Positions 39,173 to 49,742 of a stretch of DNA of 64,000 nt are shown in pieces. The position numbers were made by a program, and so were the translations under genes. The first letter of the stretch is position 1. The number at the start of each line of letters is the position of its first letter. The notes below the pieces were generated by a model. The model saw only the letters and a list, made by a program, of their open reading frames with translations. It made no database searches and was not told where the DNA came from. The stretch is from an uncultured Phycisphaerales bacterium (GTDB taxonomy: Bacteria > Planctomycetota > Phycisphaerae > Tepidisphaerales > Tepidisphaeraceae): NCBI GenBank assembly GCA_963844715.1, contig CAWJPJ010000006.1, positions 256,001-320,000 of the forward strand, given 5' to 3'.

Positions 39173-40129
39173 GTGGACAGCTTTCGCATTCTTCACATTT
39201 CAGACCTCCACTTCGGATTGCCGCCTCGTAACTGCGGGTTTCCGGACATTTTACACAGCGCCGGCTACAAAAGTGCCTCTCGACATCCACTAAGCCCATC
39301 GTCTTATGATCCCGACCTCGCCGAGGCGCTGGCACGTTTTGTTCACCGTTCCGGTCGCCGTTTGGACGCGATTATCGTCAGCGGCGATCTAGCGACGAAC
39401 GGCACGGTCGTCGACCTATCTCTGGCAAGGGATTTTATTTTGAACCCGGCAATCCGGAATTTGTGGTGGAACAAATCGGGAGCACCATCCATTAATCAAT
39501 GGGATCTGCCTATCTTGGTGATACCCGGAAACCACGATCGCTTTGACGGGCAATTTTATAACCCCGGAGGAACTCTTTTCGACCGAGCTTTTGGAACGAA
39601 GTGGCGCGCGGGAAACGCCGCCCAGATCTTGCGTGTGTTCAAAGGCATATCGGGCGAACACCTTGCATTTCTTGGCGCCGACTTTTGCCTTCGCTCGAAG
39701 AAAGATGGCACGGGAATCTGGGGTTATCTTGGGCAAGGAAAGGTCTATCAAAACGCGTGCAACGCCCTGGTCGACGCGACCGACGATGTTCGCAATCGAT
39801 TTGGTGATATAGGAGTCGTTTGGGTGGTGCATTTCCCGCCCGAATTTCAAAATATTAAAGCCAGTTTGGCGCTAATCGATGACAACTTACTGGCCAACGC
39901 CGCCGCGAAATCACAGGTTCCGGTCATTTTGTGCGGTCACACCCACGAGCCGAGGAAGTACCCATTGGCAGGCGGTTGCCTCGTCTATTGCGCCGGCACG
40001 GCGACGCAGTATTATGCTCCGAAACAAAACATTCTTCACGTTTTGGAATTCGAAGTTGCCGGCGCGAATGTTAAGTGTTTGCCGCATCAGAATCTGCACT
40101 GGGACCAGCGGCGTCAGAGCTTCAGCTGA
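39173..40129 (+). CDS. Calcineurin-like metallophosphoesterase
   Basis: HISDLH, SGDL, PGNHD, VHFPP, CGHTH motifs. Confidence 0.88.
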   Translation: MDSFRILHISDLHFGLPPRNCGFPDILHSAGYKSASRHPLSPSSYDPDLAEALARFVHRSGRRLDAIIVSGDLATNGTVVDLSLARDFILNPAIRNLWWNKSGAPSINQWDLPILVIPGNHDRFDGQFYNPGGTLFDRAFGTKWRAGNAAQILRVFKGISGEHLAFLGADFCLRSKKDGTGIWGYLGQGKVYQNACNALVDATDDVRNRFGDIGVVWVVHFPPEFQNIKASLALIDDNLLANAAAKSQVPVILCGHTHEPRKYPLAGGCLVYCAGTATQYYAPKQNILHVLEFEVAGANVKCLPHQNLHWDQRRQSFS

Positions 40130-40352
40130 TATGGCCTCCGAATGCCGTTGGTTAAGATAGGGGAACTGTTCGAATAAGTCGGGCTGAAATCGAAGAAAAT
40201 TGCTCGGAGGCTTGCCGGGAAATCTCCATACATTTTGCCCAGGTTGATGACGCCTCCCCCGAACCGCTCATGCGAGCCATCCTCTGAATTGGTCGCCCGC
40301 GCACCCTTTATCGTAAGACGACGTTGGTGGATTGTTTTTCACCGGACCAATC

Positions 40353-41627
40353 ATGGATGTGCAGAAAACTATACAGACGGCGACCCAGGCGGAGCCCGTG
40401 CGCGGGGAGGTGGCGCATGCGTCTCGGTCGCCGTCCGGACGAGTCCTCTTGACCGAGACCGCCGACGCGCGCTGCGCGGCAATCACCGCGCTCCTTAAGG
40501 AAGAGGGATACGACGTCAGCGGCTGCAAGGATGCCGCCGCCGTCATGCACCGCGCCAAGCAGAACACCCCGGACGTCGTGATCCTGGACGTCGAACTTCC
40601 TCACGGCCAGCCCGAGCAGTGCGTGCGGGCGCTGGCTCGCTGCTACCAAACGTCCAGCGTCTCGTTCATCCTCGCCTGCCCTCGCTCGTTCGATCGCAAG
40701 CGACTGCTCGAGATGGTGCACGAAGGCGCAACCACCATTCTTCCCAAGCCGTACACAAAGCAGCAGATTCTCGACACGTTAAAATCCGCCGTGCAGCGCG
40801 CCCGCACGGTCCGTGCGGACATGGCCGTCAAGCTCGGCGCCGAAGCTCCCGTCAGCCAGCGCGTCGAATCCAACAATTCCCTCTTATATCGCCCGATCTA
40901 TTGCGTTCAGCACGCCGGCCGCCCCCAGTTGAATCGATACCTCGTTCGCCCCGGCGCCGCGTGCGTCGAGAACGATCTCTTCGGCCTCCCAACCTATAAC
41001 CCGACTCCGGACCACGACGAAGTCGACTTCAATCTGCTTTCCATCATGGTCTGCCCGGAATGTCTCTTTTCCTCCGCCCACGTCGGATATTTCCTCGATC
41101 CGGCCGAGAAGAAGGAAAAACGGCACCATTTCGACGCGGCAACCTTGCGCGCCCTCGTCAACGACATGCCCGGCCGCATCGAGATTTTCACCAATCGCTC
41201 CGGCGACTTCTTCACCGAAAACCGCACCGCCGAAGACGCAAAAATCGCCTGCGAAATGGCGATCCGATGCTCCGAAATTCTGCATCAGCAAAATCCCCTT
41301 TCCCTCCCCATCGAACTTCTGCGATTGGCAAACTACCGGCTCATGCTGGCGCGACTATGGGAGCCGACTCATGCGGAGACGGCGCGGCGACATCGACTGG
41401 CGGCGGTTGACCCCCTCAAACGGGCCATCACCTCCATCGATGGCGCCGCCCGCGCAAAAGCCATCCACCAACTTGTCGCCCTCGGCAGCCATCTAGGCGA
41501 TAGGGAAATGGCCAAATATTACTTAACCCTCCTCGCCGACCTAGAAGCCGCCGCCCCCGCGGCCATGAAGGACGAAGTCCAACCTTACCTCCACCAAGCC
41601 CGCCAACTTATGGAAAAAGTGGCTTAG
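40353..41627 (+). CDS. Receiver domain fused to a DUF2225-like domain
   Basis: PDVVILDVELP..LPKPY receiver; IMVCPECLFSS and a helical C-terminus. Confidence 0.6.
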   Translation: MDVQKTIQTATQAEPVRGEVAHASRSPSGRVLLTETADARCAAITALLKEEGYDVSGCKDAAAVMHRAKQNTPDVVILDVELPHGQPEQCVRALARCYQTSSVSFILACPRSFDRKRLLEMVHEGATTILPKPYTKQQILDTLKSAVQRARTVRADMAVKLGAEAPVSQRVESNNSLLYRPIYCVQHAGRPQLNRYLVRPGAACVENDLFGLPTYNPTPDHDEVDFNLLSIMVCPECLFSSAHVGYFLDPAEKKEKRHHFDAATLRALVNDMPGRIEIFTNRSGDFFTENRTAEDAKIACEMAIRCSEILHQQNPLSLPIELLRLANYRLMLARLWEPTHAETARRHRLAAVDPLKRAITSIDGAARAKAIHQLVALGSHLGDREMAKYYLTLLADLEAAAPAAMKDEVQPYLHQARQLMEKVA

Positions 41628-41705
41628 CGGCGGGCACGGCGCCATTTCCCGCATTTCCCTTCGCGTCCTTCGCGCTTTCGCGGTTTAAACCTATACTGTG
41701 GGCCA

Positions 41706-42854
41706 ATGTCCGCAGAAATCCGCGTAGACGACCCGAAACTGCAACCCGTCGCCGAGAAAGTCTCGGCCGGCGAGCGCCTCTCCTTTGACGACGGGTGCGC
41801 CCTCTACGCCAGCCGCGACATCCACGGCATAGGCCGCCTGGCGAATTTCGTCCGCGAAAAACTCCAGGGGAACGTCGCCTATTTCAATCGCAATCGCCAT
41901 ATCAATTACACCAACGTCTGCGCCCTCTCCTGCAAATTCTGCTCCTTCTATCGCAAGCGCGGTGAAGAGGGGGCCTATGAGATGCCCGTCGAGCAGGTGG
42001 TCGCCACCGCCGCCCGCGCCGCCGACGCGGGGGCAACCGAAGTCCACATCGTCGGCGGCCTGCACCCCTGGCTCAAATTCGATTATTACCTTCAGATGCT
42101 CAGCGGCATCCGCCGCCAGTGCCCGCAATTGCATATCAAAGCCTTCACCGCCATTGAGATCGTTCATTTCACGCGCATCGCGAAAATGGGCGTGCAGGAA
42201 GTCCTCACCGCTCTCCGCGAAGCTGGATTAGGCAGCCTCCCCGGCGGGGGGGCGGAAATTTTCGACGACCGCGTGCACGATGAAGTGTTCAAGGGAAAGG
42301 TCCGCGAAGACCGCTGGTTCGAAGTCCATCGCACCGCCCACGACCTGGGAATTTATTCCAACGCCACCATGCTCTATGGCCACGTCGAAAATCCCACCCA
42401 GCGCGTCGGCCATCTGATCAAGCTGCGCGACCTCCAGGACCGGTCCCTCGCCGCCATGAAATCCTCGCCGCAAAAGGCCGCATTTAATTGCGTAATCCCC
42501 TTGAGTTTCATTCCCGAAAACAGCGAGCTAGGCTACTTGCCGGGTCCCACCGGCATGACGGACCTGAAGACCCTGGCCATCAGCCGATTGCTCGCCGACA
42601 ACATCCCGCACATCAAAGCCTTCTGGATCATGCAAGGCATCGGCCTCTCCCAAATGGCCCTGCACTGGGGCTGCGACGATCTCGACGGCACCGTCGTTTG
42701 GTACGACATCACCAAACGCCAGGGCGACGGCGTCCACCAGGAAATGCATGTCGAACAACTAAAACGATTGATCCGAGAAGCGGGGAGAGAGCCGGTGGAA
42801 AGAGACACGTTGTATCGAGCGGTCAAGCGCCCGCCGGAATTGCAGACGGCGTAG
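41706..42854 (+). CDS. mqnE: Aminofutalosine synthase (radical SAM, CofH/MqnE family)
   Basis: NYTNVCALSCKFCSF, EVHIVGGLHP, IKAFTAIEI, PGGGAEIF, NATMLYGHVE, HIKAFW. Confidence 0.85.
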   Translation: MSAEIRVDDPKLQPVAEKVSAGERLSFDDGCALYASRDIHGIGRLANFVREKLQGNVAYFNRNRHINYTNVCALSCKFCSFYRKRGEEGAYEMPVEQVVATAARAADAGATEVHIVGGLHPWLKFDYYLQMLSGIRRQCPQLHIKAFTAIEIVHFTRIAKMGVQEVLTALREAGLGSLPGGGAEIFDDRVHDEVFKGKVREDRWFEVHRTAHDLGIYSNATMLYGHVENPTQRVGHLIKLRDLQDRSLAAMKSSPQKAAFNCVIPLSFIPENSELGYLPGPTGMTDLKTLAISRLLADNIPHIKAFWIMQGIGLSQMALHWGCDDLDGTVVWYDITKRQGDGVHQEMHVEQLKRLIREAGREPVERDTLYRAVKRPPELQTA

Positions 42855-42857
42855 GCT

Positions 42858-42998
42858 AAAACCCGAAACCCGAATGACGAATCAAACCCGCATGACCAAA
42901 TGTCCGAATCGCCGAACCGGCGCACGGGGGCCTTTCTCCCATTCGGGTTTCTGGTTTCGGTCATTCATTCGGGTTTCTGGTTTCGGGCTTCGGGTTTA
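42858..42998. repeat. Heptamer-periodic palindromic element
   Basis: aaacccgaaacccgaatgacgaatcaaacccg ... cattcgggtttctggtttcgggcttcgggttt. Confidence 0.8.
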
Positions 42999-43007
42999 AG
43001 GAGAACC

Positions 43008-43910
43008 ATGTCCCTCTTAGTCACCGGCTCCATAGGAATCGACACCGTCGAAACCCCTTTCGGCAAGCGCGACGACGTCATCGGCGGATCAGCCGTCTAT
43101 TTCTCTTTTGCCGCCTCCTTCTTCACGCCGGTCCGATTGGTCGGAGTGGTAGGGGAGGATTGCCCCAAGGAATTACTCAACGTGTTCCAGGGCCGCCCGG
43201 TCGATACGTCAGGCCTGGAAATGCGCAAAGGCTCCAAAACCTTTCGCTGGCATGGTTCATATGTAAAGGATCTGAACCAGGCCGAGACCGTCGAAGTGGA
43301 TTTGAACGTCCTGGCGGAGCGAGCCCCGAAGATTCCGCAAAAGTTTCTCGATAGCGAATACATTTTCCTCGCCAACACTCACCCGGTGCTTCAGCAGGAG
43401 ATCTTGGCTTCGCTGCCCGCGAGGAAACTCGTCATCGCCGACACCATGAATCTGTGGATTCAGACCGAACGGAACGAAGTGGTCAAACTCCTCTCCAAGC
43501 TAGACGGCCTGGTCCTGAACGACGGCGAAGCTCGCCTACTCACTGAAAAGAAGAACCTGATCGAAGCCGCGCACGACGTTTTGAAAATGGGCACAAAATT
43601 CGTCGTCATAAAAAAAGGCGAACACGGCTCGATCCTCGTCAGCGACCGAGACACCTTCGTCCTCCCCGCCTTCCCCGCCGAAAAAGTCGTCGACCCCACC
43701 GGCGCCGGCGATAGCTTCGCCGGCGGAATGATGGGCTACCTCGCCTCCCAGGGATCCCTCTCCCCGGCAACTCTTAAACGTGCCATGGCCTTCGGCACCA
43801 TTGTCGCCAGTTTCACAATATCCGATTTTTCCCTGGGCGGACTGGCCTCAATCAACCGAGGGCATATCGACGAGCGATGGCAGGAATACAAAGCCGCGAT
43901 GAGCTTTTAG
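43008..43910 (+). CDS. PfkB-family carbohydrate/nucleoside kinase
   Basis: GGSAVY, IKKGEHG, DPTGAGDSFAGG. Confidence 0.92.
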   Translation: MSLLVTGSIGIDTVETPFGKRDDVIGGSAVYFSFAASFFTPVRLVGVVGEDCPKELLNVFQGRPVDTSGLEMRKGSKTFRWHGSYVKDLNQAETVEVDLNVLAERAPKIPQKFLDSEYIFLANTHPVLQQEILASLPARKLVIADTMNLWIQTERNEVVKLLSKLDGLVLNDGEARLLTEKKNLIEAAHDVLKMGTKFVVIKKGEHGSILVSDRDTFVLPAFPAEKVVDPTGAGDSFAGGMMGYLASQGSLSPATLKRAMAFGTIVASFTISDFSLGGLASINRGHIDERWQEYKAAMSF

Positions 43911-44001
43911 CCGCAATGTTGCCGAGACATTGTCGCGAGCAATTGCTGCAAACCAGTGTCAAAGTTAAAATCCTCGCGAAAAGGGATCTTGAGCGGTGTC
44001 G

Positions 44002-44676
44002 ATGCGCCCTTCTAATCTTTGCGTTTTTTGCGGCACGGCCGCCGCTACCAACGACGACCATGTCATCCCGAAATGTTTGTTTCCTAAGCCTCGGCCGAAA
44101 ATGGTGACCGTTTCAGCCTGTCTGCAATGCAACCGAGCAAAGGCGCGGGACGACGCCTATTTGCGGGATTTATTGGTCTCAGACATTGGAGCCTCTGGAA
44201 ACCGCATCGCAATGAATATTTCAGGCGGCCCGATGCTACGAGCAGCACGATCGGGGCGGTCGGAAATTGGAAAGGCGATAATTACACAAGGAAGGGTCCA
44301 AGCATTTTATCATCATGGCGTTTATCTCGGAGACGCTCCGGCGATCCCTGTCGACGGGGACCGCGTCACGAAAATATTTCACACAATTGTTCGAGGGCTT
44401 TATTTTCAATTGGCCGGAAATATCTTTCCGGCCAATTCAACATGTGAGGTTCGGCGGTGCTACGGTCATGATTACACCAAGCCGCTGGAAGCAATGCGCA
44501 AGACGGTCGGCTGCAATGGCCCTTATCGTCTCGCAGACAACATTTTTGAATGTTAGATGCTGAGGGCGGCTGAGGAACCTGCTACTACAGCGTGGATAAT
44601 GTCGTTCTACGGCGGAGTGCATTTTCGGATAAGCACTGGCCCAAGCTTTGAACCCAAAATATTAGCGGGGCAATAA
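44002..44676 (+). CDS. HNH endonuclease-like protein, interrupted by an in-frame TAG at 44554-44556
   Basis: CVFCG....DHVIPK.....VSACLQCN..K; frame continues after the TAG as MLRAAEEPATTAWIMSFYGGVHF..* to 44676. Confidence 0.7.
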
Positions 44677-44695
44677 TGACGTGATGGGGGTAATC

Positions 44696-45316
44696 ATGAT
44701 TTTCATTAGTCACAGCAGTAAGAACAAGGCACTGGCGGCGGAAATAAAGGCTGAACTTGAGGCAGCCCAATTCCGGTGCTTCCTTGCGCATGACGATATT
44801 ACCGTTAGTGCCGACTGGCATGACGAACTCTGGCAGGCACTTCGCACCTCTTACGCATTCGTCGGGCTGGTGACAAAGCAGTTCAATAGAAGCCAATTTT
44901 GTCAGCAGGAATTGGGAGCGGCTCTCGCGCTGAACAAGCCTCGCCTGCTTGTACGCCTTGGCGTTCGTCACCCGCCCGGCTTCTCGAGTCGCTTCCAGGC
45001 CGTCCGGCGAGATCGCTTGGCGAAAGCGCTCGACGAGCTTCCTCAATTCCAATCTTTACGGATCGAATCATGGATTACTGGATTAGCATCGATTGGAAGT
45101 TGGGAAGCCTCAAACGCCTTGCACGAGCGGTTTCGAGAGGAGTGGGCAAATATGTCGGTGGAAAAGAAGCTCGCGTGGCTATTGTCGGCCGCGGGAAACG
45201 GAGAAGTCGCCGGGCATTTGGTTGGGACGGAAGGTCAACTTCTGAGAGAACCTCGTAGGCTTGCGTTGGAGCCTAGACTCTCGGCACCATTTTTTGCGCT
45301 GCCTTTACTGAATTGA
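44696..45316 (+). CDS. TIR-domain protein
   Basis: MIFISHSS..CFLAHDDI....W..EL..AL..S.FCQQELGAA; may extend to 45441 through a frameshift at the T6 run near 45290. Confidence 0.85.
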   Translation: MIFISHSSKNKALAAEIKAELEAAQFRCFLAHDDITVSADWHDELWQALRTSYAFVGLVTKQFNRSQFCQQELGAALALNKPRLLVRLGVRHPPGFSSRFQAVRRDRLAKALDELPQFQSLRIESWITGLASIGSWEASNALHERFREEWANMSVEKKLAWLLSAAGNGEVAGHLVGTEGQLLREPRRLALEPRLSAPFFALPLLN

Positions 45317-45473
45317 AAGAATACCTCACCCCTCAGTGGCTGTTCGATAACGACAAGAAGGGCGCGTTACACCGCCCCGAAGATAACCACATCGGGACAG
45401 CAGGAAAACGAACGAAGCGAAAGCGTCGAGCGAACGGCTAGGAGAGTGCGCTCTCGAACAGTGCAGTATTTCG

Positions 45474-45850
<377 letters not shown>

Positions 45851-45873
45851 AATAGCCCCGCAAATCGCAAAAT

Positions 45874-46401
45874 CTATTGTCCGCCCGACTCGGGCGGCGT
45901 CCCCACGGATATATTCGGCAACGCCGGCAGCGGATCAAACCCACGCTGAACGTCCGGCAGCAATTGCTTAATCGCCCCGAATGATTTCGCCAAATGATAG
46001 ATCATCTGCGCAAAGGCAAAAATGAAAATCAGGAGAATAGCGCCGGGAATGAGCGCCTTGCGCGGTAAGGGTCGCGGCATGAATACGGCCATCGCTACGC
46101 CCACGATCAGCAGGTATGCCAATAGAAGCGAGGAAAGCACCAGCGCGACGATGACAGCCCAGACTTTCCCTCGCTTCATAAAGATCGCACAGGTCAGATA
46201 GGCCGCGCCGGGCCCCACATAGACCAAAGCCATCACGGCAAGGAGCATAAAATTAAATGAAGGCATGCGCCCGGCGAACAACACAGACGGAACCAGCATC
46301 AATCCACCCAAGCCGATAAAGATGATGCCAAGAATACGCGACGAGCGAATTGCCAGATGAAGCGGACGGCGCGGATCACCTCTGGGAGGAAGAGCCACCA
46401 A
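45874..46401 (-). CDS. Hypothetical membrane protein
   Basis: Four hydrophobic segments. Confidence 0.6.
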   Translation of the reverse strand: MVALPPRGDPRRPLHLAIRSSRILGIIFIGLGGLMLVPSVLFAGRMPSFNFMLLAVMALVYVGPGAAYLTCAIFMKRGKVWAVIVALVLSSLLLAYLLIVGVAMAVFMPRPLPRKALIPGAILLIFIFAFAQMIYHLAKSFGAIKQLLPDVQRGFDPLPALPNISVGTPPESGGQ

Positions 46402-46490
46402 GACTCCGGTTGCCCGAAATTATACCGCCGCTAAGGCGGAAATCCGAAACCAGAAACCCGGAATCCGAATCTCACCAGAATGACCGACTA

Positions 46491-47516
46491 GAGCATTTCC
46501 CAAATTAAACTAGCGGCTGGCGGTAACCGCAATGGCGGAAAAATCCCGCGGCATCTTCGGTCGTAACGGCGTCCATTGCCGCGAACACAGCCCGGACCAA
46601 GGTGTCGAACGTTCTGGGCTCCGCCGAGCGGATCAGTTGCTTCGCTTTGCTCCACATCATCTCGATCGGATTCAAATCCGGCGAGTAGGGTGGCAGCAAC
46701 CACAGTTCGCAGCCGGCGGCTTCGATCAGGCGTCGCACTTCTGAATGTTTGTGCGGCTGCAAATTGTCCATCACCACGATGTCCCCGCTTCGCAGGCTGG
46801 GCACGAGCGCTTCACGCACCCAGGCGACAAAAACATCGCTGTCCATCGCCCCTTGAACAATCGCGCCGGCGGTCGCGCCGTCGAGCCGAACCGCGGCGAT
46901 CATGGTGGTCGTGCTCCAGTGTCCGGCCGGGGTCTTGCACAACAACCGTTCGCCGCGGCCGCACCGGCCACGCAATCGGGTGAAGTTCGTCTTGGCCCCG
47001 GATTCATCCACAAAAACAAGACGCTCGGGATCGACGTCCTTCAGCCGCCGACGCCACTGCGTCCGCGCGGCGGCGACGTCGGGCCGATCCTGCTCGGACG
47101 CGTGGAGAGACTTTTTTTAAAGGAGAGGCCCAGCTTCCTGAGCCAACGGTCGACCGTCGACAGCGACACGTCCAGCGCCAACTTCTCTTTGATCTCGTTG
47201 AGCGTGGCATCCGGCCGGGCGGCCACGAACCGACTCAAACGAGTCTTCAACTCGCCGGTCAACTTCCCCTTGCGGCCACGAAGATGAAGCAGCGGTTCGG
47301 CCGTCCCCCGTTCACGTTCATCCTGTCGCACGCGGCGGACGGCCGACTCGCATCGGCCGAAGATCGCGGAAATCTCCTTCGTGCCTTTGCCGGCACGATA
47401 CGCCGACATGATCCATCGACGGGTCAGAGCGGTTTGCGATGCCATGGCAACCTCCTTGTTGAATCGGAGATTAGCAAAACAGCATCGATGGCGCTAGTTT
47501 AAAATGGGAAATGCTC
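46491..47516 (-). mobile_element. IS630-family insertion sequence, copy 1
   Basis: TIR GAGCATTTCCCA(AA/TT)TTAAACTAGCG, flanked by TA on both sides; transposase 46505-47445 with FVDESG, VMDN, LPPYSPDLNPIE. Confidence 0.95.
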
Positions 47517-47591
47517 TAGCCAACACGCCCTTCGCTCATTTAAGCATTCGGGTTTGATTCGGATTTCTGGATTCGGGTTTCTGGTTTCCGC

Positions 47592-48833
47592 CTAACGCCG
47601 GCTCGACGGCGCCGTCGTCGCCCCCGGCGGCATCCGGGGCATTGGTTCCGTCGTCGGCTGCGTTTGCAATTCCGGTGGCACCACGGTGCTGGCCGCGCGA
47701 ACAACAATAATCGCGTCCACCAGGTCAGGACCCGATGGCCCGGTTGTCGGTTCAGACGTCGCCTCAGTCGTAGGTTCCGTCGAGGCCTCAGTTGCCGCGG
47801 TCCCGCTTATTCCGCCCCCCGCAGCGCCCCCGGGGCCCCCAGCCGAGCCTGCCGCGGTCGCCCGCACCGAGTCTCCATACAGCTCATATGTCGGAACCGC
47901 TTCCGGAGGCTGATCGTTCAAGGCCTCCTGCAACGCCGCCGCCTGCTGGGGATTCATATTGCACGCAACATAAATCCGCTGGGCAATCTTCTCCGAATAA
48001 GCCCCCGAAAGCTGCTGCGCGCTCGGAAGCGTCGCGGCCTGGGCCAGTTGCTGACGCGCACTCGGCTGTGTCGCGCCACCTTGAGGCACCTCCCACCATG
48101 AGATGCCGTTTTGCGTGGAAAGGAACTGCGAAATCTGCCGCCCGGCGACCGCCGTATCCGGAACGCCCACGACGAAAACCAGCGGCGTGGACTTCCCTAC
48201 CGCAGGCTTGGATAAATCGTATCCACTGGATTTGAGCTCGTCCCGGATTGCGCTCATATCAACGGGAGCCGGCGGAACCCCCTCGAACTGCGCTGCACGA
48301 AAGCTCAGCATCGGTGCAGGAGCTGCGGCCACCTCGGACGGAGAGGGTTGGGTCGCCGGTGTAGCAGCCGCCATCGGCGCGTTCTGCGCCTTCGACGCCT
48401 CGATATCCGCTTCAATCTCACTCTGCGTCTTTTGATCCACCGCACTGGGCGCAACCTGCGTGTAATTAGCCGGCTTGAACGTCGGCACAACCGTCCGATA
48501 GACAATCAACACCAGCGACGCTCCCAAAAGGAGGATCGCCGCCGCCGTGATGTACTGCGGCAAACGAAACCCGCGCGCCGGCCGTTCCAATTTCATCGAA
48601 TCCGGCGACCCCAGCAGAATCGATCGCTCCACCTGCCCGCGCAACCCTTCGCCCACATCGCCCGGCGCCTTCACTCGAGGCAAATCCCGCAGAAGCTGCC
48701 TCTGCGCGATCAGATCCTCCAGCATCTTCCGATGCTGCGGATGCTCCGCCAGGTGCTTCTCGATTTCCTTCCGCCCGGCTTCGTCGAGGTCCCCCTCGAT
48801 ATAGGCACACAACATGGCTTCAATGTTTTCCAT
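47592..48833 (-). CDS. Anti-sigma factor (zf-HC2-like N-terminus, single TM)
   Basis: LCAYIEGDL......IEKHL, one TM helix, low-complexity tail; downstream of the ECF sigma. Confidence 0.8.
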   Translation of the reverse strand: MENIEAMLCAYIEGDLDEAGRKEIEKHLAEHPQHRKMLEDLIAQRQLLRDLPRVKAPGDVGEGLRGQVERSILLGSPDSMKLERPARGFRLPQYITAAAILLLGASLVLIVYRTVVPTFKPANYTQVAPSAVDQKTQSEIEADIEASKAQNAPMAAATPATQPSPSEVAAAPAPMLSFRAAQFEGVPPAPVDMSAIRDELKSSGYDLSKPAVGKSTPLVFVVGVPDTAVAGRQISQFLSTQNGISWWEVPQGGATQPSARQQLAQAATLPSAQQLSGAYSEKIAQRIYVACNMNPQQAAALQEALNDQPPEAVPTYELYGDSVRATAAGSAGGPGGAAGGGISGTAATEASTEPTTEATSEPTTGPSGPDLVDAIIVVRAASTVVPPELQTQPTTEPMPRMPPGATTAPSSRR

Positions 48834-48846
48834 ATGTGTGTCCCGA

Positions 48847-49542
48847 TTACGTCTTCCGTCCACTATTCATATATGGCGTCAATTCATCGCGCAACGCCAG
48901 CCGAGCCCGAAACAGCCGGCTCTTCAATGTGCCAAGCGGCATCGCCAGTGCATCGGCCATCTGCTGATAGTCAAACCCCTCGATGTCGCGCATGACGAGT
49001 ACGGCGCGGTATTCCGGATCCAGCCGCCCCAGCGCGTCGAGCACCATCCGTTGCTCTTCCCGTTTCTCCGCTATTTGCGACGGCTGAGGGTCGCGAGCGC
49101 TGAGCCGATCGACCAGTCCCGACGCCTGATGGTCGCCCCCCAACTCCTCGCCTCCCGGATTCGGCGCCCCGTCGAGCGAGAAAGTCCTTCGATGTTGCGA
49201 TCGCCGGAGCTGCGTGATGGCCAGATTCACGCCGATCCGAAACAGCCACGTATAGGGCGACGCCTCCCCCCGGAACGTGCCGATCTTTTCCAGCCCGCGC
49301 GCGAAAGTCTCCTGCGTCAGTTCGCGCGCTTCCTCGGGCTCTCCAACCATTCTGAGCATGGCGTTGTAGAGTCGATCCTGATACAGCTGAACGATCTGGC
49401 CGTAAGCCCAGCGATCCCCGCTCCGCGCTTTGGAGATCAGGACCCCAAGCCTTTGGATTTCCGCATCCGCGCCCGGCTTCCCCGCGCCGCCGCCCGCCCG
49501 GGGTGGCTCCGCCTCGAATTGCGCGCCGCTCAGACTCGACAT
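48847..49542 (-). CDS. ECF sigma-70 factor
   Basis: EARELTQETF, YTWLFRIGVN, LRDIEG-like MRDIEGFDYQQMA..GTLKSRLFRAR. Confidence 0.93.
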   Translation of the reverse strand: MSSLSGAQFEAEPPRAGGGAGKPGADAEIQRLGVLISKARSGDRWAYGQIVQLYQDRLYNAMLRMVGEPEEARELTQETFARGLEKIGTFRGEASPYTWLFRIGVNLAITQLRRSQHRRTFSLDGAPNPGGEELGGDHQASGLVDRLSARDPQPSQIAEKREEQRMVLDALGRLDPEYRAVLVMRDIEGFDYQQMADALAMPLGTLKSRLFRARLALRDELTPYMNSGRKT

Positions 49543-49742
49543 GGATTTAGACGATGGAGGGCCAAAAAAGTTCCGGTCGCGCCAACCATCCGTGGCAGAC
49601 GCATCTTCCGGACGTTCAATATGCGCGGGACGCAACGCTGCGTCAATCAGGCCGGAACCCTCACTTTAAGTATTGTCGTGCCTAGCCAAATAGGTCAATT
49701 GCGATATGATGAATCCAGCCTTTCTGTTAGGGTCAATACAAT

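Noticed and set aside
44696..45316. Thoeris or CBASS system
   Set aside because: No ThsA (SIR2/Macro/SLOG) or CD-NTase gene is adjacent.
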